This document shows positions 59,488-64,000 of a stretch of 64,000 nt of DNA, piece by piece. Each line of letters begins with the position of its first letter. The first letter of the stretch is position 1. The DNA is from Candidatus Ozemobacteraceae bacterium (lineage in GTDB: Bacteria; Muiribacteriota; Ozemobacteria; Ozemobacterales; Ozemobacteraceae): contig OZ223236.1 of NCBI GenBank assembly GCA_965140445.1, forward strand, positions 672,001 to 736,000, read 5' to 3'. Position numbers and translations under genes: made by a program. The notes below the pieces were generated by a model. The model searched no databases. It was not told where the DNA came from and saw only the letters and a program-made list of their open reading frames with translations.

Positions 59488-60311
59488 TATTAAAAGATAG
59501 CGAATTTAACGAAATTAAGGATTTGCTTTACGATAGATTTGGAATTGCACTTGCAGATCATAAGAAGAACCTTGTGATTGGTCGCTTGAGAAAGCTGGTT
59601 TCTCAAAGAGGCTTCTCTTCTTATGCCGAATTCATTGAATCTGTAAAAAAAGACAAATCAGGCAGCAGTTTATCCGAGCTGATCGATAAAATGTCTACAA
59701 ATCATACTTTCTTTTTTCGTGAGGCAGAACACTTTAAGGTTTTTAAAGAAACTGCTTTACCTGAAATTGTTGCGGACTTAGAGCAAAAACGCTCAAAAGA
59801 TCTTAGAATATGGTGTGCCGCAGCTTCTACAGGAGAGGAGCCATACTCCATCTTAATGACAATGATGGAGTATTTCAAAACTTCTTATGTAAGTTGGGAT
59901 GCCGGGCTTTTGGCTACAGATATTTCCAGCCGGGTATTAGCAAATGCGGAAGCAGGTATTTATCCTTCGGACAGCGTTATGAATATTCCAGCTGAAATGC
60001 GCAGAAAGTATCTTAAACAAATTGATTCAGAGAGCTGGGAGTTTCTTGCAAAAGTCAGACGGGAAATAACCTTTAGAAGGTTTAACCTTATGAATACTTC
60101 TTTCCCTTTTAAAAAGCAGTTCCATGTTATTTTTTGCCGAAATGTTATGATTTACTTTGATAAACCAACTCGCCATAGTCTTGTGCAAAGAATGTATGAC
60201 GCTACGGCGCCAGGGGGATATTTATTTATTGGTCATTCTGAATCTATCAGGGCTCATGATTGTCCATACGAATATGTTCAGCCGGCTGTTTTTAGAAAAA
60301 GGAAGGTTTGA
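59484..60311 (+). CDS. cheR: CheR
   Basis: STNHTFFFRE, IWCAAASTGEEPYS, ATDIS, IFCRNVMIYF, IGHSE. Confidence 0.95.
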   Translation: MILKDSEFNEIKDLLYDRFGIALADHKKNLVIGRLRKLVSQRGFSSYAEFIESVKKDKSGSSLSELIDKMSTNHTFFFREAEHFKVFKETALPEIVADLEQKRSKDLRIWCAAASTGEEPYSILMTMMEYFKTSYVSWDAGLLATDISSRVLANAEAGIYPSDSVMNIPAEMRRKYLKQIDSESWEFLAKVRREITFRRFNLMNTSFPFKKQFHVIFCRNVMIYFDKPTRHSLVQRMYDATAPGGYLFIGHSESIRAHDCPYEYVQPAVFRKRKV

Positions 60312-61354
60312 TGGGAAAAGTCATTAGAGTACTTGTTGTTGACGATTCCGCGCTGATAAGAACTATTTTGTCTCGCGGATTGAATGCAGATAGCAATATT
60401 GAGGTTGTTGGTACGGCAGCTGATCCATATATTGCTCGTGATAAAATTGTTGAATTAAAGCCAGATGTAATGACTCTTGATGTGGAAATGCCGAGAATGG
60501 ATGGCTTGGAGTTTCTACGAAAACTGATGGTTCAGTATCCTATTCCAGTGGTTATGGTTAGTGCTCTCACAGAACGTGGGAAAAGAATTACTATAGAAGC
60601 TCTTGAAGCAGGTGCTGTTGATTTTGTAACCAAGCCTAAAGCTGATGTTCAGCGTGGATTAGAAGACATGATGCGAGAGTTGCAGACAAAAGTTAAACTT
60701 GCATCTACTGCTAATGTTTCCCATTGGAAAACCAAAAAGGTTCCCAGATCCAAGATTGTTCCATCTTCAAAAGCGCTGGCAGAAACGACAGATAAAATAA
60801 TTGTTATAGGCGCATCTGCAGGTGGAACTGAAGCAATAAAAGAAGTGATCACTCTTTTTCCGATTAACTCCCCAGGTGTGGTTATTGTTCAGCATATGCC
60901 AGCGGGATTCACTCAAATGTTTGCAGAAAGATTAAATTCTCTTTGTGATATGACTGTTAAAGAGGCTGCCGATGGTGATAGAATTATGCCAGGACAAATT
61001 CTTCTTGCTCCAGGTGGCAATCATATGCAAGTTGTTCGTTCTGGTGGTGTTTACAGAGTTAAAGTGGGCCCGGGAGAAAATGTTTGTGGCCATTGCCCTT
61101 CTGTTGAGGTTCTTATGAAATCAGCTGCTGAAGCAGCAGGATCAAATGCTGTTGGAGTCATGCTTACAGGCATGGGAAGTGATGGAGCAGGTGGAATGAA
61201 GGCGATGCATGACGCTGGAGCCCCTACGATAGCTCAAAATGAAGAAACCTGTGTGGTTTTTGGTATGCCAAAAATGGCAATTAAAGCGGGCGGCGTTGAT
61301 TTTGTTATGCCGCTGGGTGACATAGCCCAAAAAGTTTTTACATTACTATCTTAA
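60311..61354 (+). CDS. cheB: CheB
   Basis: REC + GASAGG, QHMP, PSVEVL, LTGMGSDGA. Confidence 0.95.
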   Translation: MGKVIRVLVVDDSALIRTILSRGLNADSNIEVVGTAADPYIARDKIVELKPDVMTLDVEMPRMDGLEFLRKLMVQYPIPVVMVSALTERGKRITIEALEAGAVDFVTKPKADVQRGLEDMMRELQTKVKLASTANVSHWKTKKVPRSKIVPSSKALAETTDKIIVIGASAGGTEAIKEVITLFPINSPGVVIVQHMPAGFTQMFAERLNSLCDMTVKEAADGDRIMPGQILLAPGGNHMQVVRSGGVYRVKVGPGENVCGHCPSVEVLMKSAAEAAGSNAVGVMLTGMGSDGAGGMKAMHDAGAPTIAQNEETCVVFGMPKMAIKAGGVDFVMPLGDIAQKVFTLLS

Positions 61355-61379
61355 AATCTGGAAAGTGAGAAACCGGAAA

Positions 61380-61742
61380 ATGAGAAAAATTTTGATTGTT
61401 GATGATGATAGGGCAACCAGGCTTGCAATAAAAAAGATGGTTGAAGTTATAGGTTTTGATGTTTTGCAGTCACCAGACGGTGAACATGCATTAGAGACAT
61501 TAAAAACTGAAGACAATATAGCCCTGGTTATCGCTGATATGGTAATGCCTAAAAGAGACGGGCGTTGGCTGATTAAAAGCATGCAGGAAGATGAAATATT
61601 GAAAAACATGCCCGTAATCATCATTTCTTCCGTCTTTGGGGTAAAGGATATAGCTGATTTGTTGGAATCTGGGGCTCGCGCTTTTGTCGCAAAACCTGCA
61701 AATCCCGATGAAATACATGAATATGTAACCAGGTATGCATAA
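61380..61742 (+). CDS. Single-domain response regulator
   Basis: IVDDD, ADMVMP, ISS, AKP. Confidence 0.88.
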   Translation: MRKILIVDDDRATRLAIKKMVEVIGFDVLQSPDGEHALETLKTEDNIALVIADMVMPKRDGRWLIKSMQEDEILKNMPVIIISSVFGVKDIADLLESGARAFVAKPANPDEIHEYVTRYA

Positions 61743-61767
61743 ATTCGATTTAAAATAACTGCAGCCT

Positions 61768-61796
61768 TTGACGATTGGTTTTAAAAGTTGTATCAT
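61768..61796 (+). promoter_or_regulatory. Sigma70-type promoter upstream of the last cheY
   Basis: TTGACG-N17-TATCAT. Confidence 0.55.
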
Positions 61797-61851
61797 GAAA
61801 ATTCGGTTTATACTGCCGAGCGTGAATTATTGGAAGTGAGGTTAGGATACC

Positions 61852-62217
61852 GTGGCAAAAAGAGTACTAATTGTAGATGATGCGTCAATTATGCGTTTAA
61901 TGCTTAAGCATCTTTTTGAAAATAATGGATATGAAATTGCAGCTGAAGCCGAAAATGGTATTCAGGCGGTACAGATGTACCAGACCCACAAGCCCGACAT
62001 TGTTACAATGGATATAACAATGCCGGATATGGATGGAATTACAGCAGTTAAGAAGATTCTTGCAATTGACCCGGATGCTAAGATTGTAATGTGTTCAGCA
62101 ATGGGACAGATTGATAAGGTTAAGGCAGCTGTTTTGGCAGGAGCCAAAAGCTTTCTTGTTAAACCGCTCCAACCAGACAGAGTTTTGGGAACGGTTAAGC
62201 AGGTCCTTGGCGAATAA
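61852..62217 (+). CDS. cheY: CheY
   Basis: VDDA..MR, MDITMPDMDG, CSAMGQ, VKP (Bacillus/Thermotoga-type CheY). Confidence 0.9.
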   Translation: MAKRVLIVDDASIMRLMLKHLFENNGYEIAAEAENGIQAVQMYQTHKPDIVTMDITMPDMDGITAVKKILAIDPDAKIVMCSAMGQIDKVKAAVLAGAKSFLVKPLQPDRVLGTVKQVLGE

Positions 62218-62229
62218 TTAGTAAACCTA

Positions 62230-62280
62230 AAAAACAAAAGCCCCCGAGTAATGAAATATTACATGGGGGCTTTTGTTTTT
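62230..62280. terminator. Bidirectional terminator
   Basis: AAAAACAAAAGCCCCC/GGGGGCTTTTGTTTTT. Confidence 0.8.
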
Positions 62281-62288
62281 TTAGTTTT

Positions 62289-62597
62289 TTAAGATTTTGC
62301 TTTCGGAAGCTCGATTTTTGATGGTTTATTGCTAAATGGTTTAAATAGAATAATCACTCTACCGATCATTCTGACTAAAGATGCATTTGTTCCTTTTATA
62401 AGAACATCCAGAATTTCTTCTTTTTCTACGGCACAGGATTCAAGAATCTTTATTTTTACCAGTTCGTGCGAATCCAGGGCTTCTGAGACGCCCTTTACTA
62501 TTTTGGAATCCAGACCATTTTTTCCTATTCTGATGACCGGGTCTAATTTATTTGCTAAAGCTTCAAGGTGTTTTCTTTGGTTTGAACTAAGTTTCAA
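62289..62597 (-). CDS. yhbY: YhbY/CRM RNA-binding protein
   Basis: LSSNQRKHL..A..L.P..RIGKNG..HELVKIK..IG. Confidence 0.9.
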   Translation of the reverse strand: MKLSSNQRKHLEALANKLDPVIRIGKNGLDSKIVKGVSEALDSHELVKIKILESCAVEKEEILDVLIKGTNASLVRMIGRVIILFKPFSNKPSKIELPKAKS

Positions 62598-62668
62598 GCT
62601 TATTTCTCCTGTTGTTGTTTTTCAAAGGAATCATATCTCAGAGTGTCAATCAATACAAGTCGGAGAGA

Positions 62669-63256
62669 TTATAATTTTCCTACTATTTCAAGTATTTCAT
62701 CTGGTGAGTTGACCTGAAAAGCATTGATGCCAACCTTTTTTGCAGCTTCAATATTTTCTATACTGTCGTCAAAAAAGAAAATCTGCTGGGCTTTTACATT
62801 AAGCTTTTCAATGACTTTGTTGTAGATTTCTAAATCTGGTTTCATTGCTTTAAGTTCATATGAAAAGAAAATATGCTCAAATTTGTTCAAAATTTGTGAA
62901 TAGGTTTTCAGGTGGTCTATGTGAGCTTTATTGGTATTTGAAAGTAGAGCAAGAGTCCCAAAGCTTTTTAGTTTATCTAAAATTTGTGGACAATTGTCTT
63001 TTTCTGGCCCGAGAATGTTTAGGAAGTCTTCTTTGAGGTCTTTTTCTGAGGTTTTTAAGCCTGTTTCAAGTAATAACTCTTTCAAAAACGTTTCAAGATT
63101 GATTTGGCCGCATTCAAAACTGTTTGCGCTTTTGAGAGCTCCCCATTTTTTCTTTAGTAATGATGGATTGTTTTCCGGGAAAAAGATCTTTTTTGCTTTT
63201 TCAAGCCAGTTTAAATTGATTAAAACCCCACCGAGGTCGCAAAGAATTACTTTCAT
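62669..63256 (-). CDS. HAD family phosphatase
   Basis: DLGGVL, LLSNTN, KPD..IY, FFDD..N. Confidence 0.9.
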   Translation of the reverse strand: MKVILCDLGGVLINLNWLEKAKKIFFPENNPSLLKKKWGALKSANSFECGQINLETFLKELLLETGLKTSEKDLKEDFLNILGPEKDNCPQILDKLKSFGTLALLSNTNKAHIDHLKTYSQILNKFEHIFFSYELKAMKPDLEIYNKVIEKLNVKAQQIFFFDDSIENIEAAKKVGINAFQVNSPDEILEIVGKL

Positions 63257-63561
63257 TTTCTAATTTCCTGGCACTCCACATTATCTTCTTTTATGATTTG
63301 TGCATCTTCAAACTTTTCGTTTCTATGTTCAATTTTATGCTTTTCCATTTCCTTAAATGCCATCCAAATAAGGGTGGGGACAATTATTAAATCGTCAAGA
63401 TACCCAATTACAGGTATGAAATCAGGTATCAAGTCTATTGGAGAGAGAAAATACAGCAAAGCAGCCAGAAGAAGGAGTCTTACTTTTAATGGAGTTTCAT
63501 TGCTGAATGCCATATCCAGAAATTGTTTGGCTTCGTTGATAAATTGGTCTAAAGTTTTCAT
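63253..63561 (-). CDS. YkvA/DUF1232 family protein
   Basis: [21 protein letters not shown]; start uncertain. Confidence 0.88.
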   Translation of the reverse strand: MKTLDQFINEAKQFLDMAFSNETPLKVRLLLLAALLYFLSPIDLIPDFIPVIGYLDDLIIVPTLIWMAFKEMEKHKIEHRNEKFEDAQIIKEDNVECQEIRK

Positions 63562-63588
63562 AGAAGAATTATTACAGAGGTAACAAAA

Positions 63589-63912
63589 ATGCACAAGCTT
63601 GAAAAAGAGGTTTTCGTTTCTCAGTTAGAAGATTTTGTTGAAACCAGGCAGAAGTATGAAGAGTTGGCAATCGAAATGGGTTATCAACTTTTTGAACAGA
63701 TTGTTCCAGAAGATTGTAAGGTCTGTATTGATGCTTGCTTTAATGATTTGGTAAAAGACGACCAGGCTATCTTGTTAAAAGGACTTCATGAATTTCAAAA
63801 AGAGCACTTTTTGCCTGAAACTCCAAAAGAACACGGGCCTGAGGTTAGAGTTGTTGATTTGTTTGTAATGGCGGTGAAGGATTTTGCCTATTACAAATGG
63901 ATTGATGAATGA
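63589..63912 (+). CDS. Hypothetical protein
   Basis: 107-aa ORF with GAGG SD, followed by a terminator. Confidence 0.6.
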   Translation: MHKLEKEVFVSQLEDFVETRQKYEELAIEMGYQLFEQIVPEDCKVCIDACFNDLVKDDQAILLKGLHEFQKEHFLPETPKEHGPEVRVVDLFVMAVKDFAYYKWIDE

Positions 63913-63940
63913 TAATTCCTACCCATGACAGAACTGTTTA

Positions 63941-63977
63941 AATAGAAAAGCCCGCTTATTTGGCGGGCTTTTCTATT
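63941..63977 (+). terminator. Intrinsic terminator
   Basis: AATAGAAAAGCCCGC/GCGGGCTTTTCTATT. Confidence 0.8.
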
Positions 63978-64000
63978 GAGGTTTTGGATTTAAAGGAGCG

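Overview
Bacterial chromosomal window from an AT-rich, probably diderm organism. The gene set includes TolC/RND efflux and acetate kinase; a poorly characterised lineage such as Candidatus Riflebacteria is only a guess. From left to right: (1) the 3' end of a hybrid histidine kinase, an ABC-F ATPase with a putative attenuator leader, a lipoprotein, an S9 peptidase, ackA and a methyltransferase; (2) a Cus-type heavy-metal RND efflux operon with two outer-membrane factors, followed by a YyaL/SSP411-type gene; (3) an AT-rich island of orphan genes (about 19.2-24.9 kb) at the 3' side of tRNA-Leu(CAA), with HEPN-like, Abi-alpha-like and DUF6161-like genes and a possible phage-repressor remnant; (4) fecR-like, hup, a PilB/GspE homologue with degenerate ATPase motifs, and PilT; (5) two divergently oriented chemosensory operons (34.5-48.6 kb on the minus strand, 51.5-62.2 kb on the plus strand). 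The most unusual biology is in the minus-strand cluster. There the CheA functions appear divided among an Hpt-only protein, an Hpt-less kinase with MshEN-like motifs (split inside the P2 domain) and a full-length CheA with a degenerate ATP lid. The same operon holds a mini-CheR/metallo-beta-lactamase-fold pair and a giant poly-HAMP/PAS receptor with a perfect 271-bp internal duplication. No rRNA, CRISPR array, integrase or transposase was seen. All family calls come from motifs recognised by eye, not from database searches.
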